Assembly (NCBI GenBank): GCA_963766575.1
Contig: CAVYAR010000001.1
Location: 581,426 to 645,425 of the forward strand
Direction of reading: 5' to 3'
DNA length: 64,000 nucleotides
From: an uncultured Actinomycetota bacterium
Lineage (GTDB): Bacteria; Actinomycetota; Thermoleophilia; Gaiellales; Gaiellaceae
The notes under the pieces are model-generated. The model did not search any database. It was not told where the DNA came from and saw only the letters and a list, made by a program, of their open reading frames with translations. Positions within the stretch are counted from its first letter, which is position 1; each line of letters opens with the position of its first letter. The translations under genes were made by a program, and so were the position numbers. Positions 1 to 8,625 of the stretch are shown piece after piece.

Positions 1-841
1 GCATGTCGGCGATCTCGACGTTTGCGAGCGTCCCGCGCGTGACCGCGAGCGACAGCGCCCGGCCGGGATCGTCTGTGTGGACGTGAACCTTGAGCGCGCT
101 CGGATCGCCGACGACGAGCAGCGAGTCGCCGAGCGGTTCGAGCTCGTGCTCGAGCTCGTCGGCGTCGAGCGCGTCACCCTCGATGACGAACGCGGTGCAG
201 TACCGGTACTCGGAGAGCTCCTGGTGAAGCGACTCGACGCTCGGCGCGGGCTGCGAGACAATCGGCGCCTCGGGCAGCGGCTCGCCCGCGAGGGCGCTCG
301 CGATCCCCCGGAGGATCTCGACGAGCCCGGCCGCGCCGGCGTCGACGACCCCGGCCTCCGCCAGCACGGGCAGGAGCTCGCGCGTCCGGATCACGCAGTC
401 GTCTCCCCGGGCGATCACGGCCGCGAGGTCTCCCCCGGCCTCGGCCTCTTCGGCCAGCTCGCGGATCGCGGTCAGCATGGTGCCCTCGACCGGCTTTCGA
501 ACCGCGCGGTAGGCGGCGTCGCTCGCCGAGCGAAGAGCAGGTGCGAGCGCGTCGGAGAACGCGAGCGAGTCGGCGGCACCGCGAACGATCTGGGAGAGGA
601 TCACCCCCGAGTTGCCGCGGGCGCCCATCAGCGCGGCACGCGAGATCTCGTGGGCGAGCGAGCCGCGGTCGTCGGTATTGGAGGCCTCGATCGCCTCGAC
701 AACGGCTCTGACGGTGAGTGTGAGGTTCGTTCCGGTGTCGCCGTCGGGGACGGGATAGACGTTGAGGTCGTCGATCCGGGCCCTCGCCGCCTCGAGCGCT
801 CCGAGAGCACCTCGCGCCGCCTCGAGGACGCGCTCTCTCAC
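1..841 (-). CDS. DAK2 domain-containing protein (YloV-like), N-terminal part; C-terminus runs off the window
   Basis: Manual minus-strand translation from GTG at 841 gives VRERVLEAARGAL...DDLNVYPVPDGDTGTNLTLT...MGARGNSGVILSQ, a DAK2/YloV N-terminal signature. GTGA start/stop overlap with the upstream Asp23 gene. The 77..916 + ORF is its antisense shadow. Confidence 0.75.
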   Translation of the reverse strand, partial: MRERVLEAARGALGALEAARARIDDLNVYPVPDGDTGTNLTLTVRAVVEAIEASNTDDRGSLAHEISRAALMGARGNSGVILSQIVRGAADSLAFSDALAPALRSASDAAYRAVRKPVEGTMLTAIRELAEEAEAGGDLAAVIARGDDCVIRTRELLPVLAEAGVVDAGAAGLVEILRGIASALAGEPLPEAPIVSQPAPSVESLHQELSEYRYCTAFVIEGDALDADELEHELEPLGDSLLVVGDPSALKVHVHTDDPGRALSLAVTRGTLANVEIADM

Positions 842-1176
842 GTCGTGATCCGAACGTCGCCGACGAAGACTTCGACCGCCACGACGGGCAGACCGGTCAG
901 CCGCTGCAGGTCGTAGGCCACCTGCGAGCGCACGGTGGCGGCGACCTCGGCGAGGTTGAGCCCATATTCGACGACGACGCGGAGGCCGATCCGCATGCCG
1001 GTCGCGTCGCCGCCCACGGTGATCCGCGGCCGCCGGAGCAGCTTTCCCATCCGGGAGCCGGGGCTCAAGCCGACGACGCCGTAGCAGCGTGCTGCGGTTT
1101 CGGCGACCAACTCGGCAACGACCTCCCGCGAGATCGTGATCGAGCCACGCGAAGAGACTACGGTCAGGTCGGACAC
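838..1176 (-). CDS. Asp23/Gls24 family envelope stress response protein
   Basis: 112-aa ORF with ISREVVAELVAETAARCYGVVGL and a C-terminal VEVFVGDV pattern typical of Asp23. Conserved pairing with the DAK2 gene. Confidence 0.85.
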   Translation of the reverse strand: MSDLTVVSSRGSITISREVVAELVAETAARCYGVVGLSPGSRMGKLLRRPRITVGGDATGMRIGLRVVVEYGLNLAEVAATVRSQVAYDLQRLTGLPVVAVEVFVGDVRITT

Positions 1177-1226
1177 GCCGTGGCGTTAGACGCCGACCTG
1201 CTCCGGAGGGTTGCTACGGCGTGGCT

Positions 1227-1418
1227 CTAGACGGCCTTCTGCACTTTGCCGCCCTTGAGGCAGCGGGTGCAGACATACGCGCGACGAGCGACGCCGTTCA
1301 CCATCATCCGGACCCGCTGGAGGTTCGGATCGAAACGGCGGTTCGTGGCCACCATCGAGTGAGAGCGGTTGTGCCCGAAACCGGGCCCCTTCCCGCAGAC
1401 TGAGCAGACCTTCGACAT
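1227..1418 (-). CDS. rpmB: 50S ribosomal protein L28
   Basis: 63 aa: [21 protein letters not shown]...NLQRVR...VCTRCLK, a canonical L28. Confidence 0.9.
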   Translation of the reverse strand: MSKVCSVCGKGPGFGHNRSHSMVATNRRFDPNLQRVRMMVNGVARRAYVCTRCLKGGKVQKAV

Positions 1419-1442
1419 CGGCCGATCAGTGTAGCGGGTGTG

Positions 1443-2357
1443 TTACGTCCGGGCGCTGGCCCGGAGTTGGGCAAAGACATCGGCCATCTCGAGCGCGGTG
1501 CGGACGGCCTCGGCGGCGCGGTCGATCCGGGCTTCGGCCTGTTCGACCGTCTCGACGGTGAGCACCCCGAAGGCGACGGGAACGCCGGTTTCGATCGCCG
1601 CCAACTGCAGGCCGGAGGCAGCTTCGGAGGCGATGTAGTCGAAGTGCGGGGTCTCGCCACGGACGATGACGCCGAGCGCGACCACGCAGGCATACCGGCG
1701 GGTCTTGGCGAGAGCCATCGCCGCGAGGGGAAGCTCGAACGCGCCGGGGACGGGCATGATCGTGACCGCGTCGGCGGCGACGCCGGCGTGCTCGAGCGTG
1801 TCGATCGCGGTTGCGAGCATCCTGTTCGTCAGTCCGCCGTTGAAGCGCGCGACCACGATCGCAACCGAGCGCCTGTGGCCGCTCGGGGTTCCTTCGAGCA
1901 CCGTGTACCCGTCGGGGACGTCGATCTCGCCGGCGACATGCTCGACCGACTCGCCCTCGGGCGGCGCGTCCTCGATCACGGTCGCGGTCTCGGCCTGCGG
2001 CCAGGCCGCAAAGGGGTCGTCGGGGGCGTCGTCCTCGTCGGCGGTCTCGGTCGAGTCCTCCGCGGAGATCAGCTCCGTAGGCGGTGACTCGGTCTCCGGC
2101 GCTGCCTGGGCTTCCGGCGGATCGACCTCGGGCGTCTCTGCCTCCGGGGTCTGGGACTCGGGCGGCTGGTCTTCGGGCGTCTGGGCCGCTTCGGGCTGCG
2201 CCTCGTCGGCCGAGGGCTCGTCATCGGTCTCGGCCGGATGGCCGAACATCGATGCCGGTGCGACGACGGCCGCCGGCGCTTCGGTGGAGGGCTCGCCTGC
2301 AAAGCCGGTCGAGGCCGGGTCACGCCTCGGGAACTCGTCGTGCTCATCGCTGCTCAT
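1443..2357 (-). CDS. ribH: 6,7-dimethyl-8-ribityllumazine synthase with a long acidic N-terminal extension
   Basis: C-terminal ~150 aa is canonical RibH (SVAIVVARFNGGLTNRML...PGAFELP...VIVRGETPHFDYI). ATG at 2357 follows an AAGGAAG SD 8 nt upstream, just after the ribBA stop. Alternative GTG start at 1901 would give a normal 152-aa RibH. Confidence 0.85.
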   Translation of the reverse strand: MSSDEHDEFPRRDPASTGFAGEPSTEAPAAVVAPASMFGHPAETDDEPSADEAQPEAAQTPEDQPPESQTPEAETPEVDPPEAQAAPETESPPTELISAEDSTETADEDDAPDDPFAAWPQAETATVIEDAPPEGESVEHVAGEIDVPDGYTVLEGTPSGHRRSVAIVVARFNGGLTNRMLATAIDTLEHAGVAADAVTIMPVPGAFELPLAAMALAKTRRYACVVALGVIVRGETPHFDYIASEAASGLQLAAIETGVPVAFGVLTVETVEQAEARIDRAAEAVRTALEMADVFAQLRASART

Positions 2358-2370
2358 TTGATCTGCTTCC

Positions 2371-3645
2371 TTAGTTCGGGTCATCCCGGGCCTGGGCTTC
2401 CGCCTCGGGATCCCAGTCGGGGTTGCGGACGTCCTGGTGGTGAAGCTTGTGGCCGAGCTTATCCCGCTTGGCGGCCAGATACCGGCGGTTCTCGTCGTTC
2501 GGCGGAACCTCGATCGCCACCTGCTCGACGACGGTGAGGCCGAAGCCGTCGATGCCCGTGAGCTTCTTCGGGTTGTTCGTGAGGATGCGGATCGTGGTGA
2601 GCCCGAGGTCGGCGAGGATCTGGTTGCCGATGCCGTAGTCGCGCGCGTCTGCCGGAAAGCCAAGCTCGAGGTTCGCCTCGACGGTGTCGAGCCCTCTCGC
2701 CTGAAGCTCGTAGGCACGCAGCTTGTTGAGGAGCCCGATCCCGCGTCCCTCCTGCGCCATGTAGAGCAGCACGCCGCGCTCTTCACGCGAGATCTGGTTC
2801 AGCGCCTGGTCGAGCTGCTCGCCGCAGTCGCAGAGGAGCGAATGGAAGACGTCGCCGGTGAGACATTCCGAGTGGACTCGGACGAGGACGTCTTCGGCCC
2901 CATCGACCTCGCCGTGAACGAGCGCCACGTGCACCTTGCCGGTGAGGAGCTCGCGGAACGCGATCGCCTGGAACTCGCCGTAGGTGGTCGGGAGCCGGAC
3001 GGAGGCCCCGCGCTCGACGAGCTTCTCGGTGCGACGGCGGTACTCGACGAGGTCGGCGACCGTGATCATCTTGAGTCCGTGGCGGGCGCAGTACTCGACG
3101 AGGTCGGGGACGCGCGCCATCGTTCCGTCGTCCTTCATGATCTCGCAGACGACGCCCGAGGGCTCGAGGCCTGCGAGCCGGGCGAGGTCGACGGCCGCCT
3201 CGGTCTGCCCGATCCGCTCGAGCACGCCGCCCGGCTTCGCCCGGAGCGGGAAGATGTGGCCCGGCTGGACCAGGTCGGCGGGCTTGGCGCCCGGCGCGAT
3301 CGCCACCTGGATCGTGTGGCTGCGGTCGGCGGCGGAGATCCCGGTCGTCACGCCTTCTCGAGCCTCGATCGAGACGGTGAATGCGGTTCCGAGCGGCGCC
3401 TCGTTGCGCTCGGTCATCGGTCTCAGCTCGAGCTGGTCGGCGCGCTCCTCGGTGAGGCACAGGCAGATGAGACCTCGCCCGTGGGTCGCCATGAAGTTGA
3501 TCGTCTCGGGCGTCGCGAACTGGGCGGCGACGACGAGATCGCCTTCGTTCTCTCGGTCGGCGTCGTCGACGACGACCACCATGCGGCCGTCGCGAATCTC
3601 GTCGATCGCGTTTTCGATCGCGGTAAACGGGGTCGTGATCGCCAT
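2371..3645 (-). CDS. ribBA: bifunctional 3,4-dihydroxy-2-butanone-4-phosphate synthase / GTP cyclohydrolase II
   Basis: 424 aa with DHBP synthase motifs (DRENEGDLV, HGRGLICL) and GCH-II motifs (RVHSECLTGDVF...CDCG, YMAQEGRGIGL). Confidence 0.95.
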   Translation of the reverse strand: MAITTPFTAIENAIDEIRDGRMVVVVDDADRENEGDLVVAAQFATPETINFMATHGRGLICLCLTEERADQLELRPMTERNEAPLGTAFTVSIEAREGVTTGISAADRSHTIQVAIAPGAKPADLVQPGHIFPLRAKPGGVLERIGQTEAAVDLARLAGLEPSGVVCEIMKDDGTMARVPDLVEYCARHGLKMITVADLVEYRRRTEKLVERGASVRLPTTYGEFQAIAFRELLTGKVHVALVHGEVDGAEDVLVRVHSECLTGDVFHSLLCDCGEQLDQALNQISREERGVLLYMAQEGRGIGLLNKLRAYELQARGLDTVEANLELGFPADARDYGIGNQILADLGLTTIRILTNNPKKLTGIDGFGLTVVEQVAIEVPPNDENRRYLAAKRDKLGHKLHHQDVRNPDWDPEAEAQARDDPN

Positions 3646-3655
3646 CTCCCGAAGG

Positions 3656-4249
3656 CTACTCCCCGCCGATCAGGAGGCGTTCGACGTACTTCGCGAGCAC
3701 GTCGACCTCCAGGTTCACGACGTCTCGCGGCTCGAGCTCGCCGAGCGTCGTCACCGCCAGCGTATGCGGGATCAGGGCCACGGCGAAGCCTGCCTCGTCG
3801 AGCTCGGCGACCGTGAGGCTCGTGCCCTGGACGGTGACCGAGCCCTTCTCGACGGTGTAGCGGAGGATCTCGATCGGCGTGTCGAACCAGATCCGGCGGC
3901 CCTCGCCTTCGGCCTCGACGCTGCGGACGAGTCCGACCCCGTCGACGTGGCCCTGGACGTAGTGCCCACCGAGCGGCTCGCCCGCTCGGAGGGACGGCTC
4001 GATGTTGACCCGAGCCCCTGCGGCGAGTCCGCCGAGCGATGTTCGCGCGAGCGTCTCGGGCACCGCATCGAACGCGATCCGGCCGTCCTGCACGGCGACG
4101 GCGGTGAGGCAGCAGCCGTTGACCGCGACCGAGTCGCCGACGGCGGTCAGCGCCGCCGTCTCGGGCGCCTCGATCTCGAGCCGGATCCCACCCGTCTGCC
4201 CGGTGATCGACGCAGCTCGTCCAACTTCCCTGACGATCCCCGTAAACAC
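3656..4249 (-). CDS. ribE: riboflavin synthase alpha subunit
   Basis: VFTGIVREVG... start and a duplicated lumazine-binding repeat (GDSVAVNGCCLT / GSVTVQGTSLTV). Start set to GTG 4249 to match the canonical MFTGIV N-terminus; the track ORF begins at an upstream TTG at 4336. Confidence 0.9.
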   Translation of the reverse strand: MFTGIVREVGRAASITGQTGGIRLEIEAPETAALTAVGDSVAVNGCCLTAVAVQDGRIAFDAVPETLARTSLGGLAAGARVNIEPSLRAGEPLGGHYVQGHVDGVGLVRSVEAEGEGRRIWFDTPIEILRYTVEKGSVTVQGTSLTVAELDEAGFAVALIPHTLAVTTLGELEPRDVVNLEVDVLAKYVERLLIGGE

Positions 4250-4267
4250 GACGCCAAGGCTAGCGGC

Positions 4268-4297
4268 GCACCTCCCTGCACCTCCCTGCACCTCACT
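4268..4297. repeat. three tandem 10-nt units (GCACCTCCCT x2 plus GCACCTCACT); on the minus-strand mRNA these read AGGGAGGTGC, i.e. stacked SD-like GGAGG motifs
   Basis: Read directly from the sequence, 19-48 nt upstream of the ribE GTG start. Confidence 0.8.
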
Positions 4298-4575
4298 ACG
4301 AACCCCTCCCACCCCGGGGTTTGTGTCCCAAGGCAAACGCTAGCGGGAGTTCGGGTGCGGTCTGTGACGGATCGCGAAAACGTGCGCGAAATGGGCCGGA
4401 CGGGGGACGGCGAAACGGACAGACGCGGCACGGCGTACGAGGAGCGACGAAACGATCCGAGGCTGCGGGGCTGCGCTCCGCACGATCGCCCCGGGGCCCG
4501 GGGCCCGGGAAATGAGGCAGCGGCGCTCCGCCACGTCTCGCCGCTCGAAGCGATCCGACCGCCACCCGTCAGGAA

Positions 4576-4827
4576 CTACTCGCCGTAGGCCAGCGACTCG
4601 ACCGTCTCGCGGACCACCATCTCGAGATCGCCGCGTTCGCCGGGGAACGCATTTGCGAGCGCTACCAGGAGCTCATCGACGGCAACGCGCTGGCCCGGGG
4701 CGAGCTCCGCGGTACCGATCTCCTCGATCCGCTTGCGCAGCTCGTCGTTCCCGAGCGAGACCATGAGCCACTGGGAGAGCAGGCTGACGATCTCGTCGTC
4801 GGTTCGCTGAAAGTCGTTCGCGGACAT
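4576..4827 (-). CDS. hypothetical acidic 83-aa protein inserted between ribD and ribE
   Basis: ATG with a GAGGA SD 5 nt upstream, 12 nt after the ribD stop. High third-position GC. No family recognised. Confidence 0.55.
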   Translation of the reverse strand: MSANDFQRTDDEIVSLLSQWLMVSLGNDELRKRIEEIGTAELAPGQRVAVDELLVALANAFPGERGDLEMVVRETVESLAYGE

Positions 4828-4839
4828 GGATCCTCGCGA

Positions 4840-5781
4840 TCAGGGCTCATGGACATAGGCTTCGAGCAAGGTGTCCTCTCCGACCTGGCGAGCACTCAGG
4901 TGAAGGAGGTCCCTCGGCGATCCTAGCCGCGGCAGAAGGTGGGGCCCCTCGCCACCGGAGAGAAGCGGGGCGAAGAATACGAGGATCTTGTCGACGAGCC
5001 CTTCCTCGAGAAAGGCGCCGGCGAGCGTTGGACCGCCTTCGAGCAGGAGCGACTGGACGCCTTCTCCCGCGAGCCGGCGCAGCTCTTCGTCGAGCGGCCC
5101 CGACCTGAGCTCGAGCTGAGAGTCCTCGGGCAGCGGTCCGCGGCCGAAGGCGAGGCGGCGAGGCTGGCCGCGGGGCACAGGGACGTCTCGGGCATCGAGG
5201 CGGGGCGCATCGGCACGCACCGTCCCCATTCCGACCGCGACGGCATCCGAGGCGGCACGCAGCTCATGCACGAGGCGCCGGCTCGTCTCGCCGGAGAGCC
5301 AGCGGCGCCCCGGCACCGCCACACGTCCGTCGAGGGTCGCCGCCACCTTGTAGGTGACGAACGGTCGGCCTTTCGCGACCCAGACCCGCCAGGCTTCGTT
5401 CTGGACGCGCGCCTCCCACGCGTCGACGAGATCGACCTCCACGCCGGCGGCGCGAAGGGTCTCGATTCCGCCTGCAGCCACGGGGTTCGGGTCGCGGACT
5501 CCGACGACGACGCGGGCGATCCCCTCGGCAACGATCCGCTCGGCGCAGGGCGGCGTCGTCCCATGGTGCGCGCAGGGCTCGAGCGTCACGAACATCGTCG
5601 CCCCACGCGCGGCGCTCCCGGCAGCATCGAGCGCGACCGTCTCGCCATGCCGGCCGCCCTGCTCGGTCACGCCCTCGGCCACGATGTCGCCGTCGCGCAC
5701 GACGACGGCACCGACGGTCGGCTTCGGATAGGCGCGGCCGGCCGCTTCATCGGCGAGCGCGAGTGCGCGGGCGAGGCTCAT
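4840..5781 (-). CDS. ribD: bifunctional diaminohydroxyphosphoribosylaminopyrimidine deaminase / 5-amino-6-(5-phosphoribosylamino)uracil reductase
   Basis: Deaminase zinc motif (HGETVAL...TLEPCAHHGTTPPC) plus a C-terminal reductase domain. Start placed at ATG 5781 (MSLARALALA, GAAGG SD upstream) rather than the longest ORF start at 5847. Confidence 0.9.
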   Translation of the reverse strand: MSLARALALADEAAGRAYPKPTVGAVVVRDGDIVAEGVTEQGGRHGETVALDAAGSAARGATMFVTLEPCAHHGTTPPCAERIVAEGIARVVVGVRDPNPVAAGGIETLRAAGVEVDLVDAWEARVQNEAWRVWVAKGRPFVTYKVAATLDGRVAVPGRRWLSGETSRRLVHELRAASDAVAVGMGTVRADAPRLDARDVPVPRGQPRRLAFGRGPLPEDSQLELRSGPLDEELRRLAGEGVQSLLLEGGPTLAGAFLEEGLVDKILVFFAPLLSGGEGPHLLPRLGSPRDLLHLSARQVGEDTLLEAYVHEP

Positions 5782-5935
5782 GGCGCAACCTTCGCCCGGC
5801 TCATGCGGCCGCTTGGCGAAGCTGCGTGGCCGGCGTGGCCTCGACACTCCAGATCCGTTGACGCCGGCCGATCACGACACTCGATCCTAAACGACCGGTT
5901 CGATCAGATTTCGACCTGGCCGTTACGCTCCCAGC

Positions 5936-6676
5936 ATGAGCCCCCGGTTCCGCCCACAAGAGATCGTCCGCATCGTCCGCGTCCCGGGCGAGGCCGGATT
6001 CCCGGGTGCCGAGGCCGTGGTGGCGGAGGTCTCGGGTCCGGACGAGGCGGGCACCGCCTGGAACGTGACGCTCCGCCTTGGCGGGACGTCGGGTGCGGAC
6101 TCGTTGATGACGATTTCGGAGCGCGAGCTCGAATCGACGGGACTCGCCGAGGACGAGCGTGGGCGACGGGTGCCGCTCGGGACGATCCCCGCCCCCGAGG
6201 AGCCACGCGACCGGCTCGAGCTTCGGCTGTTCACGGAGGTCACCGACGGGATCGATGCGGCACGCGTGGCCGAGACGATCGAGCGCGAACTCGCCGCGCT
6301 GCTCGGCGGCGCGACCGTCACGACCGAAGCGGAGCGGCACTGGTCGGAGCCGTTCAACTACGAGCTCTCGGTGAGCATCCTGCCGCACGACGATCCGATC
6401 GAGGCGCTCGAGATCCTCGCGGAGGCCGGCGGCGAGGGGTGGCTTGCCTGCCGTGACGACGGCTGGCGCTGCGATCTCTGGTGGAGCTCCTCGCGCGATC
6501 TCGATGCGATGCTGATCGTGCCGGAGGTGCACGCCGCCGAAGTTGCGTTCATCCCCTGGTCGAGCCCGGCACGCCGGCCACCGGAGAGCCGGCCGCTCGT
6601 TTCGGTCGCGGTCGCCGACGACGAGCCGACCGAGCCCGATCACCTAGACGCGGAGACGGGCGACGAAGAAGCCTGA
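5936..6676 (+). CDS. hypothetical protein (246 aa, acidic C-terminus)
   Basis: Clean high-GC3 codon pattern. The competing minus ORF 5801..6643 is Arg-rich junk. 3' end overlaps the rsmB 3' end by 33 nt. No family recognised. Confidence 0.6.
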   Translation: MSPRFRPQEIVRIVRVPGEAGFPGAEAVVAEVSGPDEAGTAWNVTLRLGGTSGADSLMTISERELESTGLAEDERGRRVPLGTIPAPEEPRDRLELRLFTEVTDGIDAARVAETIERELAALLGGATVTTEAERHWSEPFNYELSVSILPHDDPIEALEILAEAGGEGWLACRDDGWRCDLWWSSSRDLDAMLIVPEVHAAEVAFIPWSSPARRPPESRPLVSVAVADDEPTEPDHLDAETGDEEA

Positions 6677-7831
6677 GGTGCCGTGCCGGTGCGGAGTCGT
6701 CAGCAGGAACTCCGGCCGCGTAGGGTGCGCGAACCGCGGCCACTCATTGCCGAGTTGTTCCGGCTCGTAGCCGGAGGCGTCGACTACCGCCTCGTTCTCG
6801 TCGGAGTTCAGGGTGCAGACGGAATAGGTAACGGTGCCGCCGGGCCTCGTGCGGGCCGCCGCAGCCTGGAGCAGCTCGAGCTGGAGCTCAGGAAGGGGAG
6901 CGGCGCGCCAGCGGAGGTCGGGCCTTCGGGCAAGGACGCCGAGACCGGAGCAGGGCGCATCGACGAGCGCGCGGTCGAAGCCGTCCTCGGCGAGCTCACG
7001 CACATCGGCGTTGACCACGCGTACGTTCGTCACTCCGAGGCGCTTGACGTTCTCCTCGAGCTCGCGGGCGCGGCCGGCGTGCAGCTCGACCGCGGTCACC
7101 TCGCCGCGGAGCATCGTCGTCTTGGCGCCGGGAGCCGCGCAGGCGTCGAGGATTCGCTCGCCGTCTTGCGACCCGACCACGAGCGCAGCCAGCTGGGAGC
7201 CCCTGCTCTGCCAGATGCGGCCTTCGCCGTCGCCTTCCAGGTTGCCGCGCTCGAGCCTGTAGGCGCCCGGGACGTCAGTCGGCTCCCCGACCGCGACGGC
7301 CGAGCGCACGACGAGCTCGGCCGGCTCGTTCTGGGCGCGCATCAGGGCGAGCGCCTCGTCGGAGCCGAAGTCGCGGACCCAGGTCTCGTAGATCCAGTCG
7401 GGATAGGACTCGGCAAGCGGCCCCGCCGGGAGCGCGGCGACGAGCGCCGGGAAGCCCTCGACAAGGCGCCGGGCGACCGCATTCGTGAAGCCGGTCCCAC
7501 GCGCGAGCCCGGCGCTGCGGACGAGCTCGACAGCGTCGTTGACGGTCGCGTGGTCCGGGGCCTCGCTCCACGCCGCCTCGTAGCCGACGATGCGCAGCGC
7601 AGCGAGCACGGGGGGATCGAGCCGCGCGGCCGGGCGGCTCCCGAGGACGTCGATACCGTAGTCGATCGTCCGCTTGCGCTGCACCGTCCCGTAGGCGATG
7701 CGCTGGGCAAGCCCGCGGTCGCGGTCGTCGAGCCCGTCGGCGGCCGAGGCCATCGCGCGGTCGGCGTACGCGTCGTCCTCGAACACGCGGCGCACGACCC
7801 GGAAGGCCGCGCTGCGTGCCGGGGCCGTCAC
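6644..7831 (-). CDS. rsmB: 16S rRNA (cytosine-C5)-methyltransferase RsmB/Sun family
   Basis: NusB-like N-terminal region followed by a SAM methyltransferase core (DACAAPGAKTT, DRALVDAPCSGLGV, TYSVCT). GTG 7831 overlaps the fmt stop (GTGA). The longer track ORF N-terminus is an off-frame artefact. Confidence 0.85.
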   Translation of the reverse strand: MTAPARSAAFRVVRRVFEDDAYADRAMASAADGLDDRDRGLAQRIAYGTVQRKRTIDYGIDVLGSRPAARLDPPVLAALRIVGYEAAWSEAPDHATVNDAVELVRSAGLARGTGFTNAVARRLVEGFPALVAALPAGPLAESYPDWIYETWVRDFGSDEALALMRAQNEPAELVVRSAVAVGEPTDVPGAYRLERGNLEGDGEGRIWQSRGSQLAALVVGSQDGERILDACAAPGAKTTMLRGEVTAVELHAGRARELEENVKRLGVTNVRVVNADVRELAEDGFDRALVDAPCSGLGVLARRPDLRWRAAPLPELQLELLQAAAARTRPGGTVTYSVCTLNSDENEAVVDASGYEPEQLGNEWPRFAHPTRPEFLLTTPHRHGTSGFFVARLRV

Positions 7832-8625
7832 TCGCGAACGCCCCGCTCGAACTCCTCGAAGCTCATGCGCCGCTTCCCTTCGGGCTGCACCTCCGTCGGG
7901 ACGAAGCGGCCGTCGTCGAGCTTCGCGCGCCAGACGACGACTCGGCGTCCCCGGAGCACCGCCCAGGCGCCGATGTGGGGCGAGAGGGCCCGGACGCGCC
8001 GCCAGGAATCGAGTGGATCGGCGAGATCGAGGCGACGGTCGGCGGGGCCGATCTTGTCGGCGTAGATCGCGCCCTCCTCCGGCTGCGGAACGAACTCGGG
8101 CGCCGGGAGGACGGCCGTCAGGAGGCTCGCCGCAACGGCTGCGGAGCGCTCGTAGATCGCTCCCGCGTCGACGTCGGGCCCGATCCCGAAGGCCTCCTGC
8201 GCGGCGATCGGCCCGGCGTCGAGCGCCTTGACCGTCTCGTGGATCGTGACGCCCGTCAGCTCGTCCCCGGCAAGGATCGCGCGCTCGACCGGGGCGGCGC
8301 CGCGCCAGCGGGGGAGCAGGGACGGGTGGACGTTGAGCCACAGCGACCGGCTCAGGAGCTCGTCGGGGATCAGGAGCCCGTAGGCGCACACGACAACGGC
8401 GTCGACCGCGACGGGGAGTAGCTCGGGCCGCTCGGGCTGAGTCACCTCGATCCCGAGGCGCTCCGCCGTTTGCTTCGCCGGAGGCGCCGCGAGGTGCCGA
8501 CCGCGGCCGCGTGGAGCATCTGGTCGGGTGAGCAGGTAGGCGAGCTCGAGGCCCGGGGCCGCCGCGAGCCGCTCCAGCACGTCGGCTCCGAAGGACGCCG
8601 TCGCAGCGACGGCGACCCGCATCAC
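7828..8625 (-). CDS. fmt: methionyl-tRNA formyltransferase
   Basis: 265 aa with NVHPSLLPRWRGAAPVERAI and DAGPI motifs. ATGA overlap with the def stop. Confidence 0.93.
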   Translation of the reverse strand: MMRVAVAATASFGADVLERLAAAPGLELAYLLTRPDAPRGRGRHLAAPPAKQTAERLGIEVTQPERPELLPVAVDAVVVCAYGLLIPDELLSRSLWLNVHPSLLPRWRGAAPVERAILAGDELTGVTIHETVKALDAGPIAAQEAFGIGPDVDAGAIYERSAAVAASLLTAVLPAPEFVPQPEEGAIYADKIGPADRRLDLADPLDSWRRVRALSPHIGAWAVLRGRRVVVWRAKLDDGRFVPTEVQPEGKRRMSFEEFERGVRE

